Origin: an uncultured Acidobacteriota bacterium
GTDB lineage: Bacteria > Acidobacteriota > Thermoanaerobaculia > Multivoradales > UBA5704
DNA length: 64,000 nt
Assembly (NCBI GenBank): GCA_963700145.1
Contig: OY969474.1
Location: forward strand, 4,672,001 to 4,736,000
Direction of reading: 5' to 3'
Under the pieces are notes generated by a model, which was not told the DNA's origin, did not search any database, and saw nothing but the letters and a program-made list of their open reading frames with translations. Shown here piece after piece: positions 49,285-59,600 of this stretch; positions within the stretch are counted from its first letter, which is position 1, and each line of letters opens with the position of its first letter. Both the position numbers and the translations under genes were made by a program.

Positions 49285-52181
49285 GCGTTTCCTCCCTTGC
49301 CCAGCGCCATTTGCAGGACCTCGGCCAGGTGCAGCGCGCGGCGGCCGGTGCCCTGCGCGATCTGCTCGCGGCAACTGAAGCCGTCGGCGACGATCAAGGT
49401 CTCCGCCTCGGCCGCGCGCACCGCCGGCAGCAGCACCCGCTCGCCGCACTTCATCGCGACCTCGTAGCGCTCGCCCGCCTCGAAGCCGAAGGCGCCGGCC
49501 ATGCCGCAGCAGCCGGCATCGAGCACCTCGACGTCGAGGCCGGTCCGCGCCAGCACGCGCTCGGCGTGCTCCATCCCCAGGAGCGCCTTCTGATGGCAGT
49601 GGCCCTGCACAAGCGCCTTGCGGTGCAGGGGCGCCGGCGCGGCGCCTGTCTCCTCGCGGTCGAGCAGCTCCGACAGCAAGAACACGTGCCGTGACAGGCG
49701 CTTCGCGCTCTCGTCGCCGGGGAAGAGGTTGAGCAGCTCGTCGCGGAAGGTCGCGGCGCAGCTCGGCTCGAGGACGACGACCGGCGTGCCGGCGCGGATC
49801 TCGCCGGCGAGCGCGGCGAGGATCCGCCGCAGCTGCCGTTTGGCGAGGTCGAGCATGCCGAAGTCGTAGAGCGGCCGGCCGCAGCAGAGGCGCGCGCGCG
49901 GCACCTCCACCGCGAAGCCGGCGCCCTCCAGCACCGCCACCGCCGCCTGCGCCGTCTCGGGGTGGAAGTAGTTGTTGAAGGTGTCCGGCCAGAGGAGGAC
50001 GCGCCGTTCGCCGCCGGCACCGTCCCGCGTCCCCCGGCGCCGGAACCAGCGGGTGAAGGGCTCCGGTGCGAAGCGGGGGATGCGCCGCTCGGGCGCGATG
50101 CCGGCCGCCTTCTTCGCCAGCGCGTCCAGCCCGGAGGTCTGCGTCACGGCGTTGGCCGCCCCCGGCCAGAGCGCGGCGAGCCGCGCCCACCAGGGGATGA
50201 GGCCGAAGGCGTAGGCCGACCGCGGCCGCAGCCGCCGCGCGTAGTAGTGCGAGAGGAACTCGGCCTTGTAGCTCGCCATGTCGACGTTGACCGGGCACTC
50301 GGTCTTGCACGCCTTGCAGGCCAGGCAGAGGTCGAGCGCCTCCTTGACGTGCGGGTCGCGCCATCCGCCGGCGAGCGTCTCGCCGCGCAGCATCTCGAAG
50401 AGGAGGTGTGCGCGCCCGCGCGTCGAGTGCATCTCCTCGCCGGTCGCCATGTAGCTCGGGCACATCGTGCCGCCGTGGAGCTTCCGGCACTCGCCGACGC
50501 CGACGCAGCGGAGCGTCGCGCGGGCGAGGCTGCCGTCGTCGTCGGGGAAGCGAAAGTGGGTGGGCGGCTGCACCGGCTTGTAGCTCGTGCCGAGGCGCAG
50601 GTTCTCGTCGAGGCGGTAGGGGTCCACGACCTTGCCGGGGTTCATCTTGCCGTCGGGGTCCCAGATCGCCTTGAACTCGCGGAAGGCCTCGACCAGCTCG
50701 GGTCCGAACATCTTCGGCAGCAGCTCGGCGCGCGACTGGCCGTCGCCGTGCTCGCCGGAGAGCGACCCGCCGTGGCGGAGGACGAGGTCCGCCGCCTCCT
50801 CGACGAAAGCGCGGAAGGCGCGCAGCCCCGGCGCCGTCACCAGGTCGAAGTCGATCCGCGTGTGGACGCAGCCGTCGCCGAAGTGGCCGTAGAGGGTGCA
50901 GGCGTAGCCGTGCTGTTGGAGGAGCCGGCGGAAGTCGCGGAGGTAGGCGCCGAGGGCCGCCGGCGGCACCGCGGCGTCCTCCCACCCCTCCCAGGTGTCG
51001 GGCTCGCCGGGGACGTGCGCCGTCGCCCCGAGCCCCGATTCGCGGACGCGCCAGACGCGCTTCGCCTCGCGGGGGTCGTAGCGCTTCGCCGCCGGCGCCC
51101 CGGCGCCGCCGCCGAGCGCCGCGATCAGCCCCTCCGCCTTCCCGTCGGCCTCCGCGCGGTCCTCGCCGCCGAACTCCACGAGGAGCCACCCCTTACCCTC
51201 CGGCAGCAGCTCCAGCTCGCGCAGATGGAGGCGTTTCTTCTTCATGCCCTCGACCAGCACGTCGTCGATCCCCTCGAGGCCGATCGGCCGGTGCTCCAGC
51301 ACCTCGACCACGTGGTCGGCGGCGGTGTAGACGTCGGGGTAGCCGAGGACCACGAGCGTCCTCGCCGGCGGGCTGGGGACGAGCCGGACGGTGGCCGAAA
51401 GGACGGTGACGCAGGTGCCCTCGGAGCCGACCAGGGCGCGGGCGACGTGGAAGCCGTTCTCCGGCAGGAGCTGGTCGAGGTTGAAGCCGGAGACCCGGCG
51501 CGGGATCTTGGGGTAGCGCGCGCGGATCAGCGGCGCGCAGCGGTCGCGCAGGGCGGCGAGCCGGCGGTAGATCTCGCCGCGCCGCCCCTCCTCGGCGGCG
51601 AGGCCGGCCAGCTCCTCCTCGCCGGTCGCGCCGACCGTCAGCCGCAGGCCGTCGTAGGTCAGCACCTCCAGCGCCTCGACGTTGTCGTCGGTCTTGCCGG
51701 CCATGACCGAGTGCACGCCGCAGGAGTTGTTGCCGATCATGCCGCCCAGCGTGCAGCGGTTGTGGGTCGCCGGGTCGGGGCCGAAGGTGAGGCGGTGCTC
51801 CTCGGCCGCGTCGCGCAGCGTGTCGAGCACGATGCCCGGCTCGACGCGCGCCAGGCGCCGCTCCGGGTCGAGCGCCAGGATGCGGTTCAGGTGCCGGGAG
51901 AAGTCAAGGACGACGGCGACGTTGCAGCACTGGCCGGCGAGGCTGGTGCCGCCGCCGCGCGCCAGGACCGGCGCGCCATGCCGGCGGCAGGCCTCGACGG
52001 TGGCGACCACGTCCTCCACAGTGCGCGGCGTGACGACGCCGATCGGCACCTGCCGGTAGTTGGAGGCGTCGGTGGCGTAGAGGGCGCGAGCGCCGGCGTC
52101 GAAGCGCACCTCGCCGGCGATCGCATCACGCAGCTCGGCGGCCAGCTCCCCGCCGCCCTCGCCGCGCGCCGGCCCGCCCAT
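49281..52181 (-). CDS. FAD-linked oxidase with Fe-S and CCG domains (D-lactate/glycolate dehydrogenase-like)
   Basis: YATDAS, RGGGTS, GSEGT, SGEHGDG, CVGVGEC, CLACKACKTECP, CCG. Confidence 0.9.
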   Translation of the reverse strand: MGGPARGEGGGELAAELRDAIAGEVRFDAGARALYATDASNYRQVPIGVVTPRTVEDVVATVEACRRHGAPVLARGGGTSLAGQCCNVAVVLDFSRHLNRILALDPERRLARVEPGIVLDTLRDAAEEHRLTFGPDPATHNRCTLGGMIGNNSCGVHSVMAGKTDDNVEALEVLTYDGLRLTVGATGEEELAGLAAEEGRRGEIYRRLAALRDRCAPLIRARYPKIPRRVSGFNLDQLLPENGFHVARALVGSEGTCVTVLSATVRLVPSPPARTLVVLGYPDVYTAADHVVEVLEHRPIGLEGIDDVLVEGMKKKRLHLRELELLPEGKGWLLVEFGGEDRAEADGKAEGLIAALGGGAGAPAAKRYDPREAKRVWRVRESGLGATAHVPGEPDTWEGWEDAAVPPAALGAYLRDFRRLLQQHGYACTLYGHFGDGCVHTRIDFDLVTAPGLRAFRAFVEEAADLVLRHGGSLSGEHGDGQSRAELLPKMFGPELVEAFREFKAIWDPDGKMNPGKVVDPYRLDENLRLGTSYKPVQPPTHFRFPDDDGSLARATLRCVGVGECRKLHGGTMCPSYMATGEEMHSTRGRAHLLFEMLRGETLAGGWRDPHVKEALDLCLACKACKTECPVNVDMASYKAEFLSHYYARRLRPRSAYAFGLIPWWARLAALWPGAANAVTQTSGLDALAKKAAGIAPERRIPRFAPEPFTRWFRRRGTRDGAGGERRVLLWPDTFNNYFHPETAQAAVAVLEGAGFAVEVPRARLCCGRPLYDFGMLDLAKRQLRRILAALAGEIRAGTPVVVLEPSCAATFRDELLNLFPGDESAKRLSRHVFLLSELLDREETGAAPAPLHRKALVQGHCHQKALLGMEHAERVLARTGLDVEVLDAGCCGMAGAFGFEAGERYEVAMKCGERVLLPAVRAAEAETLIVADGFSCREQIAQGTGRRALHLAEVLQMALGKGGNA

Positions 52182-52182
52182 C

Positions 52183-53310
52183 TCAGAAGGGGACGGCGAA
52201 GCGAGCGGCGTCGGCGCGCTTGAGCTCCAGCCCGAGGCCGGGGCGCGAGAGGTCGGGGTAAAGGACGCCGCCGCGCGGCGCCGCGGCGCCGTCGAAGAGC
52301 ATGCGCTCGATCCGCGCGTGGTCGTGGAACCACTCGACGTGGACGGCGGCGGCGAGGGCGCAGCAGGGGTGGGCGTGGAGCGCCGGCGCGGTGTGCGCCG
52401 AGAGCGGCACCGGCGCGGCTTCACAGAGGGCGCCGGCGCGCAGGAAGTCGCTGATCCCGGCGCAGCGGGTGGCGTCGGCCTGCAGCACGTCCACCGCGCC
52501 GGCGTCGAGGAGGCGCCGGAAGTCGAAGAGGGTGTAGCCGTACTCGCCGGCGGCGACGTCCATGCCGGCGGGGGCGCGGTCGCGCAGCAGGCGGAGGCCT
52601 TCGAGGTCGTCCGACGGCACCGGCTCCTCGAACCAGGTGACGCCGTGCTCGGCGAACGCCTCGGCGAAGGCGAGCGCCTGCTTGCGCGTGTAGGCGCCGT
52701 TGGCGTCCACGAAGAGCGCCGCTTCCGGCCCGATCGCTTCGCGCGCCGCCCGCACCCGGGCGACGTCCTCGCCGGGCGCGCGGCCGACCTTCATCTTGAC
52801 CCGCCCGATGCCGTCGGCGACCCACCCCGCGAGCTGCTCCTGGAGCTGCCCGAGCGAGTACGAGGTGAAGCCGCCGCTGCCGTAGACCGGCACGCCCTCG
52901 CGCACCGGCCCCAGCAGTGTCACCAGCGGCAGGCCGAGGAGGCGGGCCTTGAGGTCCCAGAGCGCGGTGTCGACCGCGGCGATGGCGGTGGCGGCGATGC
53001 CGGAGCGGCCGAGGTTGCGCACCGCCTGGACCATCGCCGTCCAGGCGGCCGGGATCGCCATCGCGTCGCGCCCGCGCACCACGTCCGCGAGCCGCTCCTG
53101 GACGAGCCGCGCGGCCGCGGTCGCGGCGTAGGTGTAGCCCAGCCCGCGCTCGCCGCCGGCCGCGACCTCGACGACGACCAGCGTCGTCGCGCTCCATTCG
53201 AGCGTGCCGTCGGACTCGGGGAAGTCGGTGGGGATGGTGTAGGCGGAGACCTCGACGGCCTCGATCGGCACCGCGCTCGCGAGCGCCGCCCGCGGCTCAG
53301 CCCGGAGCAC
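52183..53310 (-). CDS. Mandelate racemase / muconate lactonizing enzyme family (enolase superfamily)
   Basis: DTALWD, KMK, VDAN, WFEEP, AGE. Confidence 0.88.
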   Translation of the reverse strand: MLRAEPRAALASAVPIEAVEVSAYTIPTDFPESDGTLEWSATTLVVVEVAAGGERGLGYTYAATAAARLVQERLADVVRGRDAMAIPAAWTAMVQAVRNLGRSGIAATAIAAVDTALWDLKARLLGLPLVTLLGPVREGVPVYGSGGFTSYSLGQLQEQLAGWVADGIGRVKMKVGRAPGEDVARVRAAREAIGPEAALFVDANGAYTRKQALAFAEAFAEHGVTWFEEPVPSDDLEGLRLLRDRAPAGMDVAAGEYGYTLFDFRRLLDAGAVDVLQADATRCAGISDFLRAGALCEAAPVPLSAHTAPALHAHPCCALAAAVHVEWFHDHARIERMLFDGAAAPRGGVLYPDLSRPGLGLELKRADAARFAVPF

Positions 53311-53313
53311 AGC

Positions 53314-55062
53314 TCAGACCATCTCCTTGACCCGGTCGGACAGGACGGTGAGCGCGATCTTGCCGCGGTTGGGCTCGCCCTTGGCCAGCGACAGGGCGAA
53401 CTTCCGCGCCTGCTTGGCGGTGATCTTGGGCGGCATCGGCGGCTCGAAGGGATCGACGACCGCCTCGACGACCACCGGCCCCGGCGTCGCGAGCGCCTCG
53501 TCGAGCACCGCGCCGCAGAGGGCAGGGTCCGCGACCGTGAGCCCGGTGGCGCCGCAAGCGCGGGCGAAGGCGGCGAAGTCGATCGGCTGGAGCTCGCAGC
53601 CGTACTCCGGGTTGCCCAGGAAGACCATCTGCTCCCACTTGATCATGCCGAGCGTGTTGTTCTTGATCACCACGACCTTGATGGGCAGCTCGTACTTGAC
53701 GGCGGTCGCGAGCTCCGCCATGAGCATCGAGAAGGCGCCGTCGCCGACGAAGGCGACGCACTGGCGGCCGGGGTAGGCGATCTGGGCGGCGATCGCGTAG
53801 GGGAGGCCGTTGGCCATCGAGGCGAGGGTGCCCGAGAGCGAGAACATCTGCCCGCGCCGGGCGGGGATCTGGCGCGCGAACCAGGTGGCGACCGTCCCCG
53901 AGTCGCAGGAGACGATGGCGTCGTCGGCCAGGCGCTTGCCCAGCTCCCAGGCAACGACCTGCGGCTTCATCGGCGTCTCCGGCCGGGTGCCGCGCTCCTC
54001 CATCAGCTCCCGCCACTCACCCATCCCCTCCTGCGCCTTCTCGAGGAACCGGCGGTCCTCGTTGCGCGGCAGGAGCGGCAGCAGCGCCTGCAGCGTGCGC
54101 CGGCTGTCGCCCACCAGACCCACCTCGACCGGGTAGCGCAGTCCGATGCGGACCGGGTCGAGGTCGATCTGGACGCCGCGCGCCTTGCCGGGGTCGGGGT
54201 AGAACTCGATGTAGGGGAAGGACGTCCCCACCATCAGCAGCGTGTCGCACTCCTCCAGTGCCTCCTGCGACGGGCGCGTGCCGAGGAGGCCGATGCCGCC
54301 GGTGGTGTAGGGGCTGTCGTCCGGGACGCAGGCCTTGCCGAGGAGCGGTTTGACGATCGGGGCGCCGAGCCGCTTGGCCGTCTCCAGCAGCTCGTCGGTC
54401 GCCCCGAGGGCGCCGCGGCCGGCGAGGATCGCCACCTTGCGCCCGGCCGAGAGCACTGCGGCGGCGGCGGCGAGGTCCTCCTCGGCGGGAAGGGCGCCGC
54501 CGCGCGCGAAGACGTCCGAGGTGTGGTGCGGGCGGTTGCGCTCCGAGCGCGGGCCCCCCTCCAGCTCCTGCAGGTCCACGGGGAAGGTGATGTGGGCGAC
54601 GCCGCGGTACGCCAGCGCCGAGCGGCAGGCGAGGCTGGCGACGTTCTCGACGTGCGCCGGGCCCATCACCCGCGCGTTGTAGACCGCCACGTCCTCGAAG
54701 ACGCGGTCGAGGTCCACGTCCTGCTGCGCGTAGGTGTCGATCAGGTCGTGGAAGTGGTGGCCGGTGATGGCGAGGACCGGCTGGCCGTCGAGCTTGGCGT
54801 CGTAGAGCCCGTTGAGGAGATGCAGGCCGCCGGGCCCCGAGGTGGCGACGCAGACGCCGAGCTTGCCCGTGTACTTGGCATAGGCGCAGGCCATGAACGC
54901 CGCCGACTCCTCGTGGCGCACCTGGACGAAGCGCACCTCGTCCTGCCGCCGCCGCAGCGCCTCCATGATGCCGTTGATGCCGTCGCCGGGGAGGCCGAAG
55001 ACCACCTCCACCCCCCAATCGACGAGCACGTCGACGAGCACCTCGGCCGCCGTCTGGGCCAT
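53314..55062 (-). CDS. Thiamine diphosphate-dependent pyruvate oxidase/dehydrogenase (PoxB-like)
   Basis: GLPGDG, VRHEE, TSGPG, GDGAF...NN. Confidence 0.9.
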   Translation of the reverse strand: MAQTAAEVLVDVLVDWGVEVVFGLPGDGINGIMEALRRRQDEVRFVQVRHEESAAFMACAYAKYTGKLGVCVATSGPGGLHLLNGLYDAKLDGQPVLAITGHHFHDLIDTYAQQDVDLDRVFEDVAVYNARVMGPAHVENVASLACRSALAYRGVAHITFPVDLQELEGGPRSERNRPHHTSDVFARGGALPAEEDLAAAAAVLSAGRKVAILAGRGALGATDELLETAKRLGAPIVKPLLGKACVPDDSPYTTGGIGLLGTRPSQEALEECDTLLMVGTSFPYIEFYPDPGKARGVQIDLDPVRIGLRYPVEVGLVGDSRRTLQALLPLLPRNEDRRFLEKAQEGMGEWRELMEERGTRPETPMKPQVVAWELGKRLADDAIVSCDSGTVATWFARQIPARRGQMFSLSGTLASMANGLPYAIAAQIAYPGRQCVAFVGDGAFSMLMAELATAVKYELPIKVVVIKNNTLGMIKWEQMVFLGNPEYGCELQPIDFAAFARACGATGLTVADPALCGAVLDEALATPGPVVVEAVVDPFEPPMPPKITAKQARKFALSLAKGEPNRGKIALTVLSDRVKEMV

Positions 55063-55104
55063 AAACCTTGTCGGGAGTGCAAGATCAGTACCGGCGGCTG
55101 GCAG

Positions 55105-55656
55105 CTAGCCGGCGCTCTCGCGCGGGAGGATGTGGATGTCCATCTCGACCCCGCCGCCGGCGCGGCGGGTTTCCCGCACTTCGACGCGATCGCCGTAGTG
55201 GTTGGCGACGCCCTGGATGATCCCTCTGGCCAGCCCGGCGAGCCCGCGGGGCGAGTCGTAGATGAAGCGGAGGTGGGCCGGGCCGGTCTGGGTGAATTGG
55301 AGCCGCGGCGGCCGGGCGCCGGGGGTGGTGGCCCGGACGACGGTGTGGATCGTCTCCTCGGTGTTGAGCAGCAGCTCGAGCGTCCCCCAGGTCTCCGGGA
55401 TCAGCGGGGCGTAGAGCTCCAGCAGCCAGGGCGTCATGAACTCGCCGAAGCTTTCCAGGAACTGCGGATACGGCTGGTGCCGCCACAGGAAGGCCGCGCA
55501 GTGGAGCAGTGCGAAGGCCTCCCAGTCGGGGTAAGCCTCGGTATTCAGATAAGGCCGCTCCGGGACGTTGGCCGCCCGCACCAGCTCCGGCCACGCGGCC
55601 GCGCCGTGAGAGGCGGTCACGTAGTTCTGGAGCTGCAGGAAGATGCTGCCGTGCAT
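55105..55656 (-). CDS. Heme NO-binding (H-NOX) domain protein
   Basis: MHGSIF N-terminus, candidate proximal His (IHTVVR), P.....YDSPR (YxSxR). Confidence 0.8.
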   Translation of the reverse strand: MHGSIFLQLQNYVTASHGAAAWPELVRAANVPERPYLNTEAYPDWEAFALLHCAAFLWRHQPYPQFLESFGEFMTPWLLELYAPLIPETWGTLELLLNTEETIHTVVRATTPGARPPRLQFTQTGPAHLRFIYDSPRGLAGLARGIIQGVANHYGDRVEVRETRRAGGGVEMDIHILPRESAG

Positions 55657-55689
55657 CTGGACGCCCGGCCGCCGCAGGCGACGCCGGTC

Positions 55690-56976
55690 CTAGCAGGGAG
55701 GCCAGGCGAGCGGCGTCATCTTGGGCGAGGTCTCGAGATAGAGGAGGGCGTCGTAGTGGCGGGCGGGGACGATGCGCGTCTCGCTCAGCAGGTAGCGCGC
55801 GCCGGGCTTGAGGAAGGGCGGCTTCCCGCCGGGGAAGTCGAGATCGACCAGCAGGTGATCGTGCCCGAAGCCGGAGAGGAGCGCCTCGACCGAGGTGGTC
55901 CAGAAGCCGTCGACGCGCCCGCACCCCGACTGACCCCAGTCGATCGAGGTCTCGAGCGACACCAGGCCGATCACCGCGTAGGCGGGGCCGAGCGCGCGGT
56001 CGAGATAGGTGCCCATCGACTCGTAGCGATACCCTTCGCGGCTGTTCTTCGCCAGGTGGACGTTGTGCGCCCAGACGGCGGTGCGGGCGCCGGGGTGGCG
56101 AAGGTCGCGGATCGCGCGCAGCGCGTAGGCCATGCCGGCGTCGCGCGCCGCGAAGCCGCGGGGGAAGTCGGTGTCCCGGTAGTAGGCCAGGTCCTCCCAG
56201 GCCTGGAGCCCGACCAGGCGCAGCCGCGCCCAGCTCAAATCGGCGCGCGAGGTGGCGCGCACGATGGCCCCTTCCTCCCGCGAGAAGAGCGCGCCGACCG
56301 CCGCCAGGGCCTGGACGCACGCCTGGTGGTCGCCGTGGGGCACCGGCAGGAGGTCGGTCCCCTCGTCGAAGCCGTCGCAGCGCTTCACCCCGGCCACTCG
56401 CGGGTCGCTGGCCGGCACGCCGATCCGGGCCAGGAAGGCGAGCAGGGCGGGGCCGTCGCGGTCCGGCTGCTGGATGTCGAAGCCGAAGAAGTGGACCTTG
56501 TCGCGGGGCTTCGGGTGGGCGCGGTTCCAGGCGCACATCCAGGCCACGAGGTCGCGCACCTCGGCGCTCTGCCAGACGCCGAAGAGGCCGCGCAGGGCCT
56601 CCTCCGGCGCGCCGCCGCAGCTCGCCACGTAGGCGGCCACCTGGTCGGCCCGGTCCCACGGGCTCTCGAAGGCGAAGGCGCGGAAGCCCAGCCGCTCGAC
56701 GAGGTAGCGGAAGGCGCGGTGCTTCATCCGGTAGTAGCCGCCGGAGGTGTGGATCGACTCGCCGAGCCCGACGAAGGAGGCGGGGCCGACGATCTGCCGC
56801 AGCGGCTCGAGGTCGGCGAGCGGGAGGTTCGCGCTCGTCCCATCGAGGCGGAAGATGCCGGGGGCGATAGGGTTGCCCACCGGCTTCGGCGGCTTGGGCT
56901 TGCGCGCGGGCATCGCCTCCTGCGCGACGCCGGCGAGGGCGACGAGGAGCGCGGCGGCGAGGCGCAAGGCCGGCAT
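55690..56976 (-). CDS. Erythromycin esterase family protein (secreted)
   Basis: VGLGESIH, AFES, GFDIQ, RDAGMA, WAHNVH, YDAL. Confidence 0.85.
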   Translation of the reverse strand: MPALRLAAALLVALAGVAQEAMPARKPKPPKPVGNPIAPGIFRLDGTSANLPLADLEPLRQIVGPASFVGLGESIHTSGGYYRMKHRAFRYLVERLGFRAFAFESPWDRADQVAAYVASCGGAPEEALRGLFGVWQSAEVRDLVAWMCAWNRAHPKPRDKVHFFGFDIQQPDRDGPALLAFLARIGVPASDPRVAGVKRCDGFDEGTDLLPVPHGDHQACVQALAAVGALFSREEGAIVRATSRADLSWARLRLVGLQAWEDLAYYRDTDFPRGFAARDAGMAYALRAIRDLRHPGARTAVWAHNVHLAKNSREGYRYESMGTYLDRALGPAYAVIGLVSLETSIDWGQSGCGRVDGFWTTSVEALLSGFGHDHLLVDLDFPGGKPPFLKPGARYLLSETRIVPARHYDALLYLETSPKMTPLAWPPC

Positions 56977-57057
56977 TTGTGCTCATCTTAACTCGCCACT
57001 CCGCTCGGTGGCTCACACCGCGGCGAAGCGTAGGATAGGTGCTGGAGGGCACGGGCG

Positions 57058-57384
57058 ATGACGACCGATCGGCGGCTACAGCTCTTCTACGCGTGCACGT
57101 TCGGTGTCGTGGGTGTGCTGGGCGTCCGCTACTCCGACCTATGGGTGGGGGTCCTGTTCTTGGTCCTGGCCGCCCTGTTCTTTGTCGGGGTTTCCAAGAA
57201 AGTGGAGAACTTTGTGTACTACGCGCTCACGCTGGTGGCGGCCGGCGGCCTCCTCCTGCAGCGCCTGAAGAGTGCCGTGGAAAGCGGCCAGACGCGCGAG
57301 GTTCTCTTGTTGACCGCGCTGATCATGCTCCTCGCCGCCGGCGGGCTCCTGGCCTACCTCAGGCGGCGGAGCGCCCGAACCTAG
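57058..57384 (+). CDS. Hypothetical membrane protein
   Basis: 108 aa with four hydrophobic segments. Confidence 0.6.
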   Translation: MTTDRRLQLFYACTFGVVGVLGVRYSDLWVGVLFLVLAALFFVGVSKKVENFVYYALTLVAAGGLLLQRLKSAVESGQTREVLLLTALIMLLAAGGLLAYLRRRSART

Positions 57385-57398
57385 CCAGGGAGGCCGCG

Positions 57399-57905
57399 AT
57401 GAAGAGGATCGAGACCCTGCTGCAGGAGCTCGAGCGGGAGGCGCTGGTCACTCGGCGCGTGCTCGAACGCATCCCTGACGATGACCGACTCGCCTGGCGG
57501 CCGCACGAGAAGGCCAGGACGTTGGGCCAGCTCGCCTTGCATGTCGCCACCGTGCCTGAAGGCGTCGCGCGTTTGGTCGCCTCGCCCTCGCCCGCCCAAG
57601 CGCCGCGTTTCGACCAAGACCCGGCCCCGGCGAGCGCCACCGAGCTGGTGCCGACGCTCGAGCAGAGCGTGGTCGCGGCCCGCGAGGCGCTCGCCGGCCT
57701 CGACGACGGTGCGCTGGACGCGCCCTGGAAGCTCATGGATGGCGATCGCGAGCTGTTCGAGACCACGCGCGGGCAGATGCTGCGCTCGATCATGCTCAAC
57801 CACTGGTATCACCACCGCGGGCAGCTCACCGTCTACCTGCGGGCCCTGGGGCTCGCGGTGCCGTCCGTCTACGGCCCGAGCGCCGACGAGAACCCCTTCG
57901 CCTGA
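57399..57905 (+). CDS. DinB family protein
   Basis: GGAGG RBS; WRPHEK, LALHV, HWYHHRGQLTVYLR, PSVYGPSADE. Confidence 0.88.
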   Translation: MKRIETLLQELEREALVTRRVLERIPDDDRLAWRPHEKARTLGQLALHVATVPEGVARLVASPSPAQAPRFDQDPAPASATELVPTLEQSVVAAREALAGLDDGALDAPWKLMDGDRELFETTRGQMLRSIMLNHWYHHRGQLTVYLRALGLAVPSVYGPSADENPFA

Positions 57906-57937
57906 GCGCCCGCGCCCAGTCGAGAAAGGAGCACGAA

Positions 57938-58237
57938 ATGTACGTCGTTCGCGAGATCATGCACTGCCGCCCCGGCCGGGTGCGCCCGATGGTGGAGCGG
58001 TTCAAGGCCATGGGGGCGGTGATGGAGAAGCTGGGCAAGAAGCGGCCGCGCATCCTCACCGACCTGAGCGGCGCCCCCTACTGGACCGTGATCGCGGAGT
58101 TCGAGGTCGAGGACCTGGCGTCCTTCTTCAACATGGACGACAAGGCGATGGCCGAGGCCGGCGCGGCCGAGATCATGGCCGGCTACCACGACGACGTGGA
58201 CCACGGGCGGCGCGAGATCTACAAGGTCGAGGGCTGA
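57938..58237 (+). CDS. Hypothetical protein (NIPSNAP/dimeric alpha-beta-barrel-like)
   Basis: AAGGAG RBS; RILTDLSG..YWTV, GRREIY. Confidence 0.65.
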   Translation: MYVVREIMHCRPGRVRPMVERFKAMGAVMEKLGKKRPRILTDLSGAPYWTVIAEFEVEDLASFFNMDDKAMAEAGAAEIMAGYHDDVDHGRREIYKVEG

Positions 58238-58319
58238 AGACGCAGCGCCGACGGAGAGCCGGCGGCTGCCCGGCGCAACGATTCGCGGGCTGAGGATGCG
58301 GCCGAGCTAGGAGAGAACG

Positions 58320-58775
58320 ATGAGCGCAAAGAGGGCCACGCAGAAGTCCGCCAAGAGCACCACCGCGAACAAGAAGTCCAAGGGATTCACGGACGAGGAA
58401 CGAGACGCGATGAAGGAGCGCGCCCGGGAGCTGAAGTCGGCCGCCGACGGGGAGAGCGCCGTGCTCGCGAAGATCGCCGAGATGCCGGAACCGGATCGCG
58501 CCATGGGCAAGCGGCTCCATGCGATCGTCAGAGCCAGCGCGCCAGGCCTCTCGCCGAAAACCTGGTACGGGATGCCCGCGTATGCCAAGGACGGCAAGGT
58601 CGTCTGCTTCTTCCAGAGCGCGCAGAAGTTCAAATCGAGGTACGCGACGTTCGGCTTCAGCGACGAGGCGAACCTCGACGAAGGCGTCATGTGGCCGACC
58701 TCCTTCGCGCTGAAGGAGTTGACCCCCGCCGCAGAGGCAAAGATCGGCGCGCTCGTGAAGAGAGCGGCGAGCTGA
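58320..58775 (+). CDS. DUF1801 (YdhG-like) protein
   Basis: WYGMPAY, KVVCFFQ, RYATFGF, WPTSFAL. Confidence 0.85.
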   Translation: MSAKRATQKSAKSTTANKKSKGFTDEERDAMKERARELKSAADGESAVLAKIAEMPEPDRAMGKRLHAIVRASAPGLSPKTWYGMPAYAKDGKVVCFFQSAQKFKSRYATFGFSDEANLDEGVMWPTSFALKELTPAAEAKIGALVKRAAS

Positions 58776-58845
58776 TGAGGGGCTGATCCCGAAGATCCAG
58801 CATCATGAACGCGAAGGCGACGCCTTTGCAGGGAGGAGCACAGCC

Positions 58846-59448
58846 ATGAAATTGATCGTCAACACGTTCCTGACCCTCGATGGCGTCATGCAGGCGCCGG
58901 GCGGCCCCGACGAGGACCGGGAGGGTGGCTTCCAGTGGGGCGGCTGGAGCGCCCCCTACTTCGACGAGGAGATGGGGAGGACGGTACAGGAGAGCTTGGC
59001 GCGGGCGAGCGGGTTTCTGCTCGGTCGCAAGACCTACGACATCTTCGCGGCCTACTGGCCGACGGCGACCGGGGACCTCGAGATCGCCGAGATCCTCAAC
59101 TCGCGCCCCAAGTTCGTGGCCAGCCGGACGCTGAGGGAGCCCGCGTGGCAGCACACCACGGTGATCGGCGGCGACGTCGCGGCGGAGGTCGCGCGCCTGA
59201 AGGGCGAGGCCGGCGCCGAGCTCAACGTGCAGGGAAGCGGCAACCTCCTGCAGAGCCTCCACGGCCTGGTCGACGAGTACCGGCTGTGGATCTGCCCGGT
59301 GCACCTCGGTAGCGGCAAGCGCCTGTTCGAGGGCGGATCGGAGGCGAGCGGGCTCGAGCTGGTGGAGTCGCGCACCAACTCGCTGGGTGCCGTCTACGCG
59401 GTCTACCGTCCGACCGGGACACCGCAGACAGGGCTGATGGGCGCGTGA
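58846..59448 (+). CDS. Dihydrofolate reductase / RibD C-terminal family protein
   Basis: TLDGVMQAPG, LGRKTY, GSG, GSGKRLF. Confidence 0.88.
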   Translation: MKLIVNTFLTLDGVMQAPGGPDEDREGGFQWGGWSAPYFDEEMGRTVQESLARASGFLLGRKTYDIFAAYWPTATGDLEIAEILNSRPKFVASRTLREPAWQHTTVIGGDVAAEVARLKGEAGAELNVQGSGNLLQSLHGLVDEYRLWICPVHLGSGKRLFEGGSEASGLELVESRTNSLGAVYAVYRPTGTPQTGLMGA

Positions 59449-59600
59449 GCGAACCCCTCCGAACCTAGCCAGATTCGAGACCAGGGGCGCGGCGCCACGG
59501 TCTTGGGGCCAGCCGCTGAAGAAGGCGATGCCGGGGGTGTAAGCAGCGGCCGAGATGCTGCCGTGCATCCTGGGCGCCCGGCCGCCTCGCCGTTCTATTC

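Noticed and set aside
55690-56976. Macrolide resistance gene (ere)
   Set aside because: Family motifs only; a secreted homologue does not imply resistance.
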